A DNA stretch of 64,000 nucleotides, taken from NCBI GenBank assembly GCA_030295235.1, contig AP026134.1, positions 930,001-994,000 on the forward strand, written 5' to 3'. The translations under genes were made by a program, and so were the position numbers. Origin of the DNA: Fistulifera solaris. Its lineage: Eukaryota. The notes beneath the pieces were generated by a model. It did not search any database. It had not been told where the DNA came from and worked only from the letters and a program-made list of their open reading frames with translations. Below are positions 37,703-50,926 of the stretch, one piece after another; position 1 is the first letter of the stretch, and each line of letters starts with the position of its first letter.

Positions 37703-40430
37703 ATGGTACCCTTCGACAAGACCGCAACACTCACCAGCGTCGCAATGGATCACAAACAGTCCAACTTGTCGAAACTTTTTGAGAAGCAGGACGCCGTAGC
37801 GCTGGATGACTTGAACGATGATGAGAATCAAAGCTTGGCTTCAGAATCAAAGGCTTCGATTGCGGGCCATCTGCGCTACATGTTGACCCGTACAGCCTCG
37901 AAAATGAACGTTACAAAAACGGAAGATGATGATGCAAGTGTTGTATCTACTTCGGAGGGATCAGTCATGTCTGCTCGAAGCGTTCTATCGAGAACAGCTA
38001 GTGGACTTTCGTCCGGTTTGCGCAGGGGCTCTCAACTTTTCCGAAGTTCTTCATTCCGTTCCATGGGAAGCTTTCGGCGTAAGGAGAATGCAGAAAAAGG
38101 AAAGAGCTCGATGTATGGCTCGTCTCCTGATTTGAATGATAGTTCCAACTCTTCGTTGGGTAGCGTCGATATTTTAGACGATTTGAGTCATAGGGAACAC
38201 GCCATGTCATCTGCTCAGCCGAATCAGCCAAAATTCGATTTATCTTTAGTGAACGCAAATAATTCTCAACAGAGAGATTTGATGGTAAACGAAGAGGACC
38301 GATCTACCGTGTGGGTGAAAAGCGGGGAGGCAGGCAACCAACACCTTCAGCTCGATATTCGAAATCACTCTTCTTTCGGCAGTCTTATTGATGACGATTC
38401 GCATGTGAACAACCATTCCTCCGGTCGAAGTCTAATATCCAACGAATTTGGATCATCGTATTCGAGTCTTTTGTCGTCAAGAGGCAGTAACAATTCCATT
38501 ACGTCATGTTCTACTGACATGGAAGAAAGCCATCATTCTCGACTGCCTACCTCCAAACACAGAAGGAGACCACGACGATTATCTGTGGATCGATCATTAT
38601 CGGGGACAAGCTTCACTGACTCGGAACGAACACTGAGGCGCCATTTATCTGCTAATAGAATCGATATTGGAGGGGGAGGTAGTGACATTGTATTACGCTC
38701 GAGCAAATCAGCAGCTAAAGCTCGTAAGAACCCCAGACGTAGAAGAACGCAAAGACCAAAAGGTTTCAGCAATATGAAACTACATTCCTCTTCCGGAGCT
38801 ATCGATCAAGCCGACTTCGATGCTACGGATCGTGGTCGCGCTCAAAATCAGGAATGGTCCAATGTGGTTTTCCCCACTTCCGGGAGGGGCCAAAATATAC
38901 TTTTAAACAAACTTAAAACAAAAAGCTCATTCGAGGACCCAAAAAACAACTTACAGAGAAGAGATGACAATGGCAGTCAGGATAAATTGCATGGTTTAAA
39001 CCGCCATTTTTCTGGGCGTTCTTTGGGAACATCTGGGTCTACCGACACCATGATTAATGCTGGAAGAAAAGATGATGACAATGCTCGGGAGAAGGAGCGC
39101 GGTTTTAGTCGCATTTCTTCTGGACGTTCTTTGAAACCTTCCACGAGTACTACTTCTTGTCGGAGAGAAGAAAGTGTTGATTGTCAGGAAATGAGACGTG
39201 TTGAAACTCGTCGAAGAAGAGAAGAAGATGATGGTCAGGATAAGATGCGTAGTGTAAACCGCCATTCTTCTGCGCGTTCTTTGGGATCATTTGCTGAAAA
39301 CGAAAGGGATACTTTGTATCGGGGAAGAGAGGAAAATGATAGCCAGGATAAAATGCTTGTCGTCAGTCGACATTCCTCTACACGCTCTTTGAAATCCTCT
39401 TCTACTAGCGAGACCAAGGATTCTAATCGGAAGAGAAACGACGATGTTAGCTATGACAAGAAGCGTGGTTTACATCGCCACTCATCCAAAAGTTCATTAA
39501 GAGCCTCTGCAGAGACCGAAAGTAAAAAACTAGGTTCCGATGTTAGTAGCCGGGATAAGGAACGTGGTCTGCATCGCCATTCGTCCAGGAACTCATTGGC
39601 AGCTTTCGCGGATAACGACAGCAAAGTTGTTAATCAGAGAAGGGACGATCTTAGTCAGGTTAAGACTCGTGGCGTCACTCGACACCCGTCCGGACTCTCG
39701 TTCAAATCGTTAACAGACAGTGATAACGAGGAAGATAAGGCGCGCGAAGTAGGTCGCACCGCTCATGTTTGAAAGCTCCAAAAGAGCATCTAATGGCGAC
39801 GTGGGAATAAGACTCGAGGAGAGTAGCGACGCCAATCATGTCTCCGACAAATCAAGGAAATCGGTTGCACGTACCGTGTCTTTTGGGAGAGGAGTAACTT
39901 CCGGGATGCCACTAAGGACACTTTCTCATTCAAATCCACTGGTCGGAAGTGGCGATGGATCGGTGCAAAAGATAGTGATGCGCATTGAGGTTGACGGAGA
40001 CGCTCGTACAATAGAAATAACCGATTCGCGCAACAAATCAATGGGCAAAGTAAATAGGAACATCAATTCTGAAGATCTCAGTGAACGGTCTGACTCAAAG
40101 AGGCCTGATGCCACGTTTAGTCGAGGCATGCTAAGCAGTCTCGGTTAAAGTATAGGAACCAAACATCACGAGTCAAATGGGCCTACCTACCGAGTTGCGT
40201 GGAGTCGGTTACGCGCGCTGTGTCGTTTAATGAAAGAGAGTCTTCCAAGACGCAGTTACGAGGTGATTCACACCGCAGTAGTTCTCTTGTAAATGTCGAT
40301 GCACTCCAGAAAAAGATTCTAAAGATTCGAAAAATGATTCGTGGGATATTGATGAGATTGATGCAAAGACGAAGCCGACCCTAAGCGGCGAAACGGGAGA
40401 AGAATGAAGAGCGACTCCGTTCCTCGGGCT
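37703..40430 (+). CDS. Large Ser/Arg-rich disordered protein with tandem DKxRGLxRHSSxRSL repeats
   Basis: 689-aa ORF continued by ORFs of similar composition at 39765-40148 and 40199-40384 (probable frameshifts); end approximate. Confidence 0.6.
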
Positions 40431-40642
40431 AAAGCCTTTCTTCCGCTTATTTACGAAAGTACTTTGCGCCTAAAAATATAACATGGTTCCGCTCTTTATG
40501 CAGATCAATCATCAACTCTAGATACGCTTAACAAGGTTACAGAGTGCCTAGAAAGCAAAAACTGCTGAACGGATCAACGTCCATCCTTTTCAGTGGGGCA
40601 AGCTTGTGCTTCTCATAGACGGCAAAATCAATCATCGCACTC

Positions 40643-43600
40643 TCATCTTACGCCAGCCAATAACTCCAATCTTCGGGCTGCCATGATAACGTAGGTTGCC
40701 GCCCTTACCTTTGCATGCCCATTTTGACGATTATACATTCGATCCTCTTCTTCTATCTGACGTAAATACTCCTCATCTTCCAACACGGCAATCCAGTCTG
40801 AGTGCAACGCCGCGGTAGCGGTGATGCGCCCAATTGGCTCCAACGTTAGCATTCGCGAAATCAGGATCTTCGCTTCCTCGGATATTTCATTCCAATAGCG
40901 CTTGTGGAATTTATACTCTCCGTAACGAATTTTCCGAATAATCTCGTCACCATCACCGCGGAAGGGGCGGTAGCCACCTAATAACATGTACATGACGACG
41001 CCAAGACTCCACATGTCACACTGTACATCATATTCTGGTCGATGTTCTAGAATTTCAGGTGCCACATATCCTTCCGTACCGCACTGTGTTTGCAGCCCGT
41101 TGGGAATCAATACTCGTTTAGCCATTCCAAAGTCTGTAAGCTTTACGTCGGTTATACTTCCCTTCTGAATTAGCTGAATTGTTTCTGTTTTGATATTACG
41201 ATTCGCGATGCGTCTGTTGTGACAATACTCTAGCGCACAAAGCAACTTTTTTATTACAACTCGTGCTTCGTTTTCCGTGTAATATTTTTTCTCACTCAAG
41301 CGGTCGATCAGCTCGCCTCCTCGAAGACGCTCCATTACAACATAAGTAAAATCAGGTTCCTCAAAGACATCGACCAGTCGGGCAATATATTCACAATCCA
41401 CAAGAAGGGACAACGTCGATATTTCATCTTGCAAAGCGACAGCATCACCGGACTCTAAATCGGTGCGCTTGACGCACTTGATTGATACGATTTCGTTCAA
41501 CTGATTGTGTCGTGCTTCTCGTAAAGTGAAAAAATCTCCTTGTTCGATTACCCTGCCCCAGGTGTATAACTCATCGCATTGTCGTCCACTAGAGCTATCA
41601 TAAATCTCTTCTCCCTCCTCTTCTCCATCTTCGCCGATGGTGGCCATAGCGCCTTGTTGCGTCTGAGCAGTAATTTGAGTCTTGCGATTTGCGACTTCTT
41701 CAAGACTTCCCAAACCAGCGGTGAACGAAATGTCCAGCGATGTGTGCTTGTCGAGTTGTTTAATACCGTATGCTTGATCGTCTCCGGCTTTCTGTGTTTG
41801 TCGTTCCTGTAGGACGGCTTTTGCGCCCGAAAGATCTTTGGTTGTTAGGGCTTCTTCCTCCATTGCCATCCATGGACATTGTAATGCTTCTTCTGCTGAC
41901 AATCGGTGCTCAGCATACACCTGCAAAAGATTACTAATCATATCTTTGGCTTCGTTTGATATCTCTCCCCAATACTTTTCGTGAAAACAATAATCACCTT
42001 TGCAGATAACCTGAGCAAGCTCGTGGACAGGCCCTTCAAATGGCGCATATCCACCCAGCAATATGTACACGACAACGCCAACACTCCACATATCGGCACG
42101 ATGATCGTAACCGGGTGAATGAAGATCAAGGACCTCGGGCGCAACGTATTGTGCCGTTCCGCAAAGCGTCCGTAAGCAGTTTGGTTTGAAGACACGTTTC
42201 GCAAATCCAAAATCAGCGATTTTAATACTGTGATCATCATCTGCTTCCACCATCAAAACATTTTCAGGCTTAATGTCGCGGTGCGCTACTTTCTTTTGTG
42301 AATATAATCCATAGCCTGAAAAAGAATCTTGCATGTTTTGCGAGCCTCGCGTTCCGTGTAGAACTCTTTTTCTGTAACACGCGTCAACAAGTCACCTCCA
42401 CGACATTCTTCCATCACCATAAAAGTGTGATCAGGTTCTTGGAACACATCAAAGAGGCGGATGATATACGGTCCTCCACGCAGCAATTTTAAGGCGGCAA
42501 TTTCATCCTGTAGAGCATTCATGGAAGAACTTTCCAGCATGCTTGTATCTATGTCTTTGACAGCATAAATTTCTTTGGTTCGTTTGTGCATCGCGCGGTA
42601 GACACAAGCGTAGCCGCCCTCTCCGAGGATATCTCCGAGATCATAGAACTCTGAAAAAGGCCTTCCTGCTGCACTGTCTTCAACGAATTTGGGTTGACGT
42701 GGCTTCTTTTCTCCATCGTCTTTCTTCACACGAGCAGCATTGCCATCCGCCCCAGTTCGTTCTAAAAAGCCGTTGAACTTTTCATCCAAGACCGCCAAGC
42801 GATTGTCACCAGCTTCAACAGCGGCGAGTCCCTTCTGTTTGCCTTTTTGATATTCTGCTGAAGCGCTGTGTTATAAAGTCCCTCTTCGTGATGCTCGCTC
42901 ATTCCATTGTCCAATCGCCGTGATGTCATCCAGGTGGCCTTCAAGGCTTCCTCCGAAGAAAATCGCTTTCTCGGATTCACAGTCAGCAAATGCGTAACGA
43001 ACTGTTTTGCCTCCGCGGAGATAGATTTCCAGTACGTCGGATGAAAGTAATACTGTCCTTCACGAGTTTTTTCGAAAACTCTGTCCTCGTCTTCATCCTC
43101 GAATGGAAGGTAACCTCCCAGCAAAAGGAAGATAATGACACCCACACTCCATAGATCACATTTCGTATCATAAGCAGGAAATCGTTCTAGAATCTCCGGT
43201 GCAAGATAGCCTGGCGTACCGCACAATGTACGACAACCGTTTTCTGTTTTCACTTTCTTGGCGAAACCGAAATCAGCTAACTTAATTTGATCTGCTATTG
43301 TGTCCTCGGATATCGAATTCTGGTGATCCATCAGTAGAAGGTTTTCGGGTTTTAGATCACGGTGAGCGACACGCTTCGCGTGCATGTAGGCTAAACCCGT
43401 CAATAATCCGCGGCAGCATCCTCGAGCTTGTGGTTCGGTAAATGTTTTTGCTCCAAGATTCTGTCAAATAATTCTCCACCTCGAAGTAAGCCCATGACAA
43501 GAAAGCAGTGCGATTTCTCCTCGTATACTTCGTAGAGTTGCACAATGTTAGGCCCATCGCGTACCAGAATCAAGTTATTGATCTCATCTTCTAGGGCGTC

Positions 43601-43889
43601 ACGATCTCCCCAAACCATTTTACTCCGATCAATCTTCTTAATGGCATATTCTTGACCCGACGCCTTGTGCGTACCCATGAAGACCTTTGCGAACGCACCC
43701 AAACCAAGTTGCGGACCGCGTGTGTAAGCACGCTCAAACGCTCGCAGTTCATTAAAAACCTTGACATTCTGATTCAGCGATGGTGCTACTTGTGTATCGT
43801 ATTCATCGCCAGCTAGAACAATAGCAGGTTTCGAGGGCTTGCGCTTCTTTTTTCTTTTCTTTATCCTTGTCTTTTTCCTTTTCCGGCAT
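40643..43889 (-). CDS. Protein with three tandem CAMK-like kinase domains (third degenerate)
   Basis: D1: GLGAFAKV/HRDLKPEN/DFG/APE. D2: GEGGYACV/HRDIKPEN/DFG/APE. D3: EQGDFF/NRNIKTET/DFG/APE. Segments are joined by apparent frameshifts near 43850, 43435, 42790 and 42300. Confidence 0.85.
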
Positions 43890-44558
43890 GATGAGTTTTC
43901 GTTATTCCGGAAGCGCGCTTGCTCTACTTGTTGATAGGAACGCCGCGTGAGACTAGAGCAGGCTTTGTCCTTTGATTAAAGATATTAGTCCGCTCCACAA
44001 TAATGGGGGAGACAAGGGACAAAACGACGCGCGACGGAACGCGTCGAAGTCGAAGCTGCCTAAAGCCAAAATGCCACATCGATGACCATTTTCTGGTCCG
44101 TCAATGAATCCTTATGTACGAACCAACTTGGACGTTCTGGTCTACTAAATGAAAAAAACTACTACGGGATTTAGGTACCGGATAACTCTGACACTAGCGT
44201 ATTAAGAAGTCTGGCATTCGGACTGACAATGCATACGTGGAAAAGGATTTATGACCTAAATCAGATTTCAGGCCTATTTTACAAAATCATTTGGAAAAGT
44301 TACCAGTTACCAGGTACACTAAAAAAGAAGTTATAGAACACACATAGAACAGGAACCGGCATTCGATGGGCATTTACTATGGCCCCTAAAGATACGTCTT
44401 GCCACGTTGCTTTCGTCGATCGACTTGATACTTGTTCTTCTATTCGTCCACCTTTCACGCGCAAGTTTCACGACAAAACAAGACAACAACACAAATCACA
44501 AGCAAACTTCGAACTGAAACGTTTGTATTTTTCATAGAAATTAGGACAGCTTTGATTC

Positions 44559-46068
44559 ATGCTATCCTCTGGCGAAGAACGGATAGGCCGAGGTAGGGCT
44601 CAGGATCGCATCCCGACTACACTGCAAGCAGTGTTCTTGGCGAGCAATCGAGGCCATGACGTGACGTTGGCTCCTCCCAACAAGGCTGCATCAAAAGAAT
44701 ACTTTCAGAACAATGTATTTCTCGGATCATCCGAGAAAAAGTCAAAAACGACGAAGAATGTCTTTGGAGATATCGATAGGAAAGCCATGATATTCTCGCG
44801 GCAAAACAATGGGAGAACATTCCAACGTAGCAACGGAAAAATTCAGAGATCGCTTCCTGTCAGCCTCTTCAGTCCCAATCCGCATAAAACAACGTCTACC
44901 AAAAGTGAAGCTGAACCGAATATTCCAGCACAAATAATAATAAAAGAGAAAGTATCTCCCAGACGTATAAAACCGCGTTCTCCAAAGAGGATTGCGAAAG
45001 CATCCATTATCTTGCAACCGTTGCCATCCGAGGATTCTGTGAGGGTAAGTCCGACTGTTGAACAATTGCAATTTGTTTCGGTTACTCACCTTTACTCATG
45101 GGTACACACTCCAGAGCATGTCCGTCTCGCCGCATGAGTTCTTAGTGCAAAAGCTGAAAGAACGTGGGCATTGCACACAAACATTTAAAACCCTCGATAC
45201 GGCATATTACATCAAACCAACACCTTTACAACTTGCCAGTTACGATGTGTACTTAATTGGACAAGTCCGTGGTCACCAGCCAGAAGGTCTTCTTGAAATG
45301 ATTCAGTGTGGATTGTCACCCAATCCTTGTAACCGTTACGGAGAATCCTTGGTGCACACCGTTTCACGTTTCGGCAACCACGTCCTTCTCAAAGTATTGC
45401 TAGACCAGGGATGTACTGTTCAAGTCTCGGATGATTACGGGCGAACCCCTTTGCATGATGGTGCGTTGGAAGATTTTGAAATGACTTCTGAGACACTACT
45501 GTTTGCTAACCCTCAGTGCAGCGTTCTGGACTGCTAGACCATCATTTGAAACGGTGGAGTTACTCTTGCAGCAAGATCCTCACTTATTATTTTTGATGGA
45601 TACCCGCGGTAACGTACCCCTCGATTATGTTCGAAAAGGAGATTGGGAGACGTGGGTTCACTTTTTCGAGACCGCCTTGATGTATATTGGGCAATTCCAG
45701 GAGACACTGAACCATCACCCCTCATGACGAAGTCGGTAGTGCGGTTACCTCTTGCCGATCCCAAAAATGCACTTCCTATAGATGTCGCAAAGCTTGTTGC
45801 CTCGGGGCGTGTCCAGCCAGAAGAAGCACTTCTTTTAGTTGCGACTTCGGACAATGATTCTGATTGTTCGCAGGGCGACGACGGTGACTCGAGCTCATAC
45901 GACGATGATCTTTCAGACGACGACAGCTCTGTAGACGAAAGCTTGTCTCAAAGAGAAGTAGAAGATGATGATTCGTTCGCAGAATTCACAGAAGTGATTA
46001 CCACCTTGCGTGAAAGCGTTATGAAGTTTCGTTTGTCGACTTCCTCATCCAAAGCAACGTGCGTATAA
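44559..46068 (+). CDS. Ankyrin-repeat protein
   Basis: CNRYGESLVH, DDYGRTPLHD, DTRGNVPLDY; intron about 45462-45520; frameshifts near 45100 and 45665; acidic tail. Confidence 0.75.
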
Positions 46069-46143
46069 TTGCCTGAAAAGATATAAAGGCAATCCGATAT
46101 GTTGTCTCTATGAACGCTATTTTATATTGAAGTTGACTGATAT

Positions 46144-47454
46144 TTACGGAAAGAGCACCTTGCGAAAGCCATACATCAGTTTCTTCACGCCGAGGTCGGC
46201 TTCCCGATCGGAATAATTCGTAACACTATCGTCTTCCGAAGTCTTGATATAAACAAAAACATTATCATCTTGATCGCGACTGATGCGTAGACTCTTATCC
46301 AAGAAAGTTGTTTTGAAAATTGGTTTCGGCGTCTTGTAGGATGGAATTACCCGTTCGAGCTTGTTGGCTAGTCGTCGCGAATACAGTTTCGAGCTATCTT
46401 GATCCAAAAGGAGCCGTAAAATGGGCAAGTTGGACCCCTTCACCTCAACCGTGTCCATAAACAGTTCCATAGCGGTAGAATTTTCGACTGGTACCCAATC
46501 CGCACTACTGACCAAAGCACCTTCAATCGATAAGGGTAAACCGCCAGAGTATCCTTTCTTGGCCCCAATGAACGGGACTGCACCGGCGGAGACCTCAAAC
46601 TCAGAAACGATTCTTCCTGATTTCGTAATTATTTGTCGGACAGCTTGGATGCTACTAATCGCCAAAGCCTGTCGGTGCATATCACAAAACCAGTTGTACC
46701 GATCGCGATCAATATCTGTCTTGCAGACCGCACGGCCAGCCATGAAGAAAGGACTACTGCGAAACAATTGTGTACTGCAATACAACAATTCCCAACGTCC
46801 ATAAATGTGATCGGAAGTGATGGGTCGCTCGGTAGGATTGACAGCTTCCAAGGCTCGAATCGACTTCGCCGCCGCTTGTTTCTGCACTTTTGTCGCGAAC
46901 TCCCCGCGTCCTGTAATGGCTCCGAGTGATTGCAGAAAGGAAATGTTGTCTGCTGTCTTTTGTTTGTCGTCTTCTTTATTCGTATCATGCATTGTGTCGT
47001 TTTTCTTGGGCCATTCCTCGTTTTTGGTTGCGTTCTCACTCTTCGTGTTGTCGTTTCTTGATGTTTGTTCTTCCTCTTCTAGTGCAGCATCCGGTTCCTC
47101 GACTGACTCGAAATCGATTGCACTGACTTCTTCTTCTTTCATTCCCTTCACTTCTTCTTGTTTGGTTTCTTGCCGTTGTTTCAACTCATCACTTGTCGTA
47201 GATCCCTCTGCAACCTCATCGGGTAAGGCTACCGGATCAAATTCCGCATTACGAGGCACTTGCTCCATTTTCGCGTCCACAACTTCGGATTCCTCTTCCG
47301 CACTCATTTCCCGATCTCCATTCGCTTCTTTGTCATCCGCTCCGCTACTTTGGAAAACTACCATGCCGGGTCTGTGCATCGATCGCATCAAAGGCGTAAA
47401 TGCGTCTGAGCCGAGCAACAAGCTTGAAACTATCAAAAGAATTCTTGTCTTCAT
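46144..47454 (-). CDS. Plastid lipid-associated protein (PAP/fibrillin domain)
   Basis: Signal peptide with SDA-FTP cleavage motif; LEAVNPT, GRWELLY, TTFLDKSLRISRD. Confidence 0.85.
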   Translation of the reverse strand: MKTRILLIVSSLLLGSDAFTPLMRSMHRPGMVVFQSSGADDKEANGDREMSAEEESEVVDAKMEQVPRNAEFDPVALPDEVAEGSTTSDELKQRQETKQEEVKGMKEEEVSAIDFESVEEPDAALEEEEQTSRNDNTKSENATKNEEWPKKNDTMHDTNKEDDKQKTADNISFLQSLGAITGRGEFATKVQKQAAAKSIRALEAVNPTERPITSDHIYGRWELLYCSTQLFRSSPFFMAGRAVCKTDIDRDRYNWFCDMHRQALAISSIQAVRQIITKSGRIVSEFEVSAGAVPFIGAKKGYSGGLPLSIEGALVSSADWVPVENSTAMELFMDTVEVKGSNLPILRLLLDQDSSKLYSRRLANKLERVIPSYKTPKPIFKTTFLDKSLRISRDQDDNVFVYIKTSEDDSVTNYSDREADLGVKKLMYGFRKVLFP

Positions 47455-48526
47455 TTCGTTTTGTTTGTATTGTAAGAGGCCTCTTTTTGATTGAGTTAAT
47501 GTTGTAATGCAATGGAAGCAATACTTGTAGTTTCAAGAATCGACGTTTCGATCGATAGCAACAATGTTTCGAATGAGAAAGCAAATAATGGAGAGAAACG
47601 AAAGAGTGTGGGAATGACGCAGAAAGTTCGCTTGCCCTGAGAATAAGGCAAATATCAGTCACTATCGTACCAAATGTAGACAGAACACGATTGAATTTCA
47701 GTCGTGAGGTGAAGATCAATAAAGGCACTCTAGCTAGAGGCATCTAGAGCTTTAGTAATCTTTGAAGAAAGCGATCGAACTAAACCCAGCTCAAGAATTT
47801 GAGGCCTATGAACTCTGAACGCAAACGCACTCACATCATTCGGCAATAAGCAGGAATATTTAACCATAGTCAGAAATGTAGTCTTGGGTGAGTAAAAACT
47901 TAGACTTGAGGTTATAGTAAATAGGGACGAGACCGATTTAGCAACAGTTTCGCCATGAATTATTGACGCATGCGTTGCAAATGCGCATTTGTCGCAAATA
48001 GTTAAGTAAATACTCCATTAGACATTTCAGTCAGCAACGCTAGAAAAAAAAACAGGCTGCTGTTAGGGAGCATGAAATCACTCGTTATCTGGATTGAATT
48101 ATTTGTTCATGACTGAAATATGGTCTTGTTTAAGTTATTTTTGATTTTAGAATTAAACTCTATGAAACAGACCAATGTAAGAAAATACAAAGATCATGCT
48201 AACGATAACTAACTATACGACCAGTTTGTTTCCAAGAAAAGATACCGTGATTTTTCGCTTGTTATGCTCCACTTGATCGCTTACAACAACAAGAATCCTT
48301 TCGAAACAACATTGCTGTTGAAGACACAATGGCCCATAGTGTGTTCGTTTTTCGCCGTGACTGCAATTCAGTCACGAAAGACAATGACAAAAAAGCCATT
48401 TTTCTTCGCTGTTGAAGTCAAAGTCATTCATAAATCACTATTGTTGTTCGTTATTCTTGTTTATCATTTCTTTACCAGTATTTCATCATGTTTGGAATCA
48501 ATAGAAATCGATAATCACGCAAGAGA

Positions 48527-49885
48527 ATGGACGCGACCGTGAGTACATCGATCGAGGCGCATGCAGTTCGCCCGCCGAAACGATACGGCAGTCGTCTCTT
48601 TCTCAGTGTCTTTATGGTTCTGCTGATGGCGGGTACTATGCAGATTGTGTTGTATACGGCTCCGACGTTCGAACCAAAACGTCAAAAGGATCAAATGATC
48701 GATCCGATGGGATGGAAAGTTTCCTCGAAACGTCCGACCACCTACAACTCAACAACGACACAACCAGTTGAAACAGAACCACCCGAACAAAACGAAGCAC
48801 TTGATATACAAATACTCGTACAAGACACTGTACGTCGCAATCCACTTATTGAATTACTTGAAGAAGCCAAATTGATTCGACCAGAAGATGTCAAACAACA
48901 TTTAGATACCCTGAATAATCCGAACGCCACCACCGTGGTCATTGATGGTCTCACATTACCGACGTGGCCTCTCTTGCAATCCTTGTATGGTACCATGGAA
49001 GAACCCATTGTGTTGGGAATGGAGCGATGTCAAACTTATCGTGACAATGTATCGCCGAAGCAGCGTTACACGGCCGTGGCGGGTATGTTCAATACAGGCA
49101 CCAACGCCATGGAACATCATTTACGACACAATCTAGTCCAAATGCGGAGTACTTGGCAAGTGCCGTGGGGAAAACATCGGATGCCATTTGTGCGATTGTC
49201 ACACAAAGCCAATGGTTTAGAGAAAGAGGATCAAACGAAAGTTATGCCGGTGGTGATGATCCGTGATCCCTTTCATTGGATGCAAAGTATGGTGCGTGCT
49301 TAGAGAGTACCAAATAATGAATACAACGACTTGCTATTCATTCCTCACTTTTTATTCTCTTGACAAAAGTGCAAAATGCCTTACGCCACTCATTGGAAAC
49401 ATACCAAGAAGCATTGTCCGAATCTGATTCCCAATGAACTCGATTATCAGCGCTTTGGTCGACAGGAACCCACATTTCGCAACGGAACGGCCGCCATTAA
49501 AGTTATTTTTAGCGAGGTACAAATATTTCATTGGGAGTCATTGGTGGATCTGTACAGTGATTACTATCGTCAGTATCTGGAGGCCGATTATCCGCGATTG
49601 ATTGTGCGCTTTGAGGATATGTTGCTACAACCCCGCCGGGTGTTGGCGCAAGTGGCCGAATGTGTCGGAACCACGGTTGCCGAGCAATGGAAATACCAAA
49701 CGGAAAGTAGCAAAGGACACGGAAGTCATACGACATTTGCTGCGGCTATCACCAAGACAGGGGATGCCCAACGGCGCGTGGCGGGCATGACGGACGAGGA
49801 CTTGGTGTACGCGACGGAACATCTCGATCCAGAAGTGATGGAACGATTTCAATACCAGATTCCGGAGCAAGTCTCTGAGACATGA
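48527..49885 (+). CDS. Type II membrane sulfotransferase-like P-loop protein, 2 exons
   Basis: N-terminal TM; AGMFNTGTN, WGKH, VMIRDPFHW, VRFEDML; intron about 49292-49369. Confidence 0.7.
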
Positions 49886-50926
49886 TTTCTATTATTTTGG
49901 TTCTCGAGCATCGTCGCATTGTGGAGTCTGAGTGCCTCTGACGAGATATAGTTGTAGCTAACAAACGCTGGTAGCGTTGTGAAGTGTGAGTGTTTGATTT
50001 TTCTAATGAATCATCTTTGCTCCAGTTACACCACTTGAAACACATTTGATATGCGTGACGAATGATGAATGCCAACAGTTTGCTTAGCTACTTGTACCAG
50101 CTGCAACAGAAAACACACGGAAATTTGCATGATGAGTGATGTGACGAAAGACAAACAATTTTTTAAGTCTGAAACTCTTTTGGAAATTTTGTACCTTGGT
50201 TAACAAAAGTTACAAAAACACTTTTAGGCTTACGGCACCCTAGTTTGTAGATGACGTTGGCCATGCGTCATCCCTCGTTTCCGTTACGTTGTCGTCTCAG
50301 AGTCAGAGCCATTCACATGACGAGAAAGCGAAGTTTTCCGGTGAGGTGTGCGTACGTCACACTATCCCATCGCCAATCCGCCGATGCAGTTGCGTTTCTT
50401 TGGACTTCTTGCGAGTACATTCAAAGCTCGTTTTGTCCGATGAGTGCTATAAACACTATGGCGCACATCGCCTCGGAGCGTTACTCAGACGTTGTTGCAA
50501 ATTGCCGTTGTACTCTTCTCTGAAGAGTGAATCAGAGATGAATCTCCTCAAATTCGCCAATTAAACAAAATTTATCAATACTTTGGAGAAATGGTGTTAA
50601 TACAAAGTTTTAGGTCTTTTTCTCTTGAATCTCTCTCCACTCGCCCGTATATTGCTGTAGAATCAGTACCTAATGCTAAACTTCCGGCCCAGCCTGGATT
50701 CATTCGACAAAGCCATCCCTCCTTTTCTGCCGTTAACTGCCTCAATGACACAGAGGGACTTTTGACTCATTACCTATTTCTTCGAAACTTCTGATTTCGC
50801 TTGAGAAGAGAAAAAACAATCATTTCATTTTTACGAGTATTTGTTTCTTCTCTCTGTCGACATTCCTTTCATCGTTGTGAAAGGATTTGTTGTATTGTTG
50901 AGAATTGACACTGTGAATCCTTCATC

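Noticed and set aside
42290..43860. Programmed ribosomal frameshifting in the kinase and other genes
   Set aside because: Shifts are too widespread and I saw no consistent slippery-site context; sequencing error is simpler.
46817..47494. 225-aa Ser-rich ORF on + strand
   Set aside because: Antisense shadow of the Glu/Lys-rich region of the fibrillin gene.
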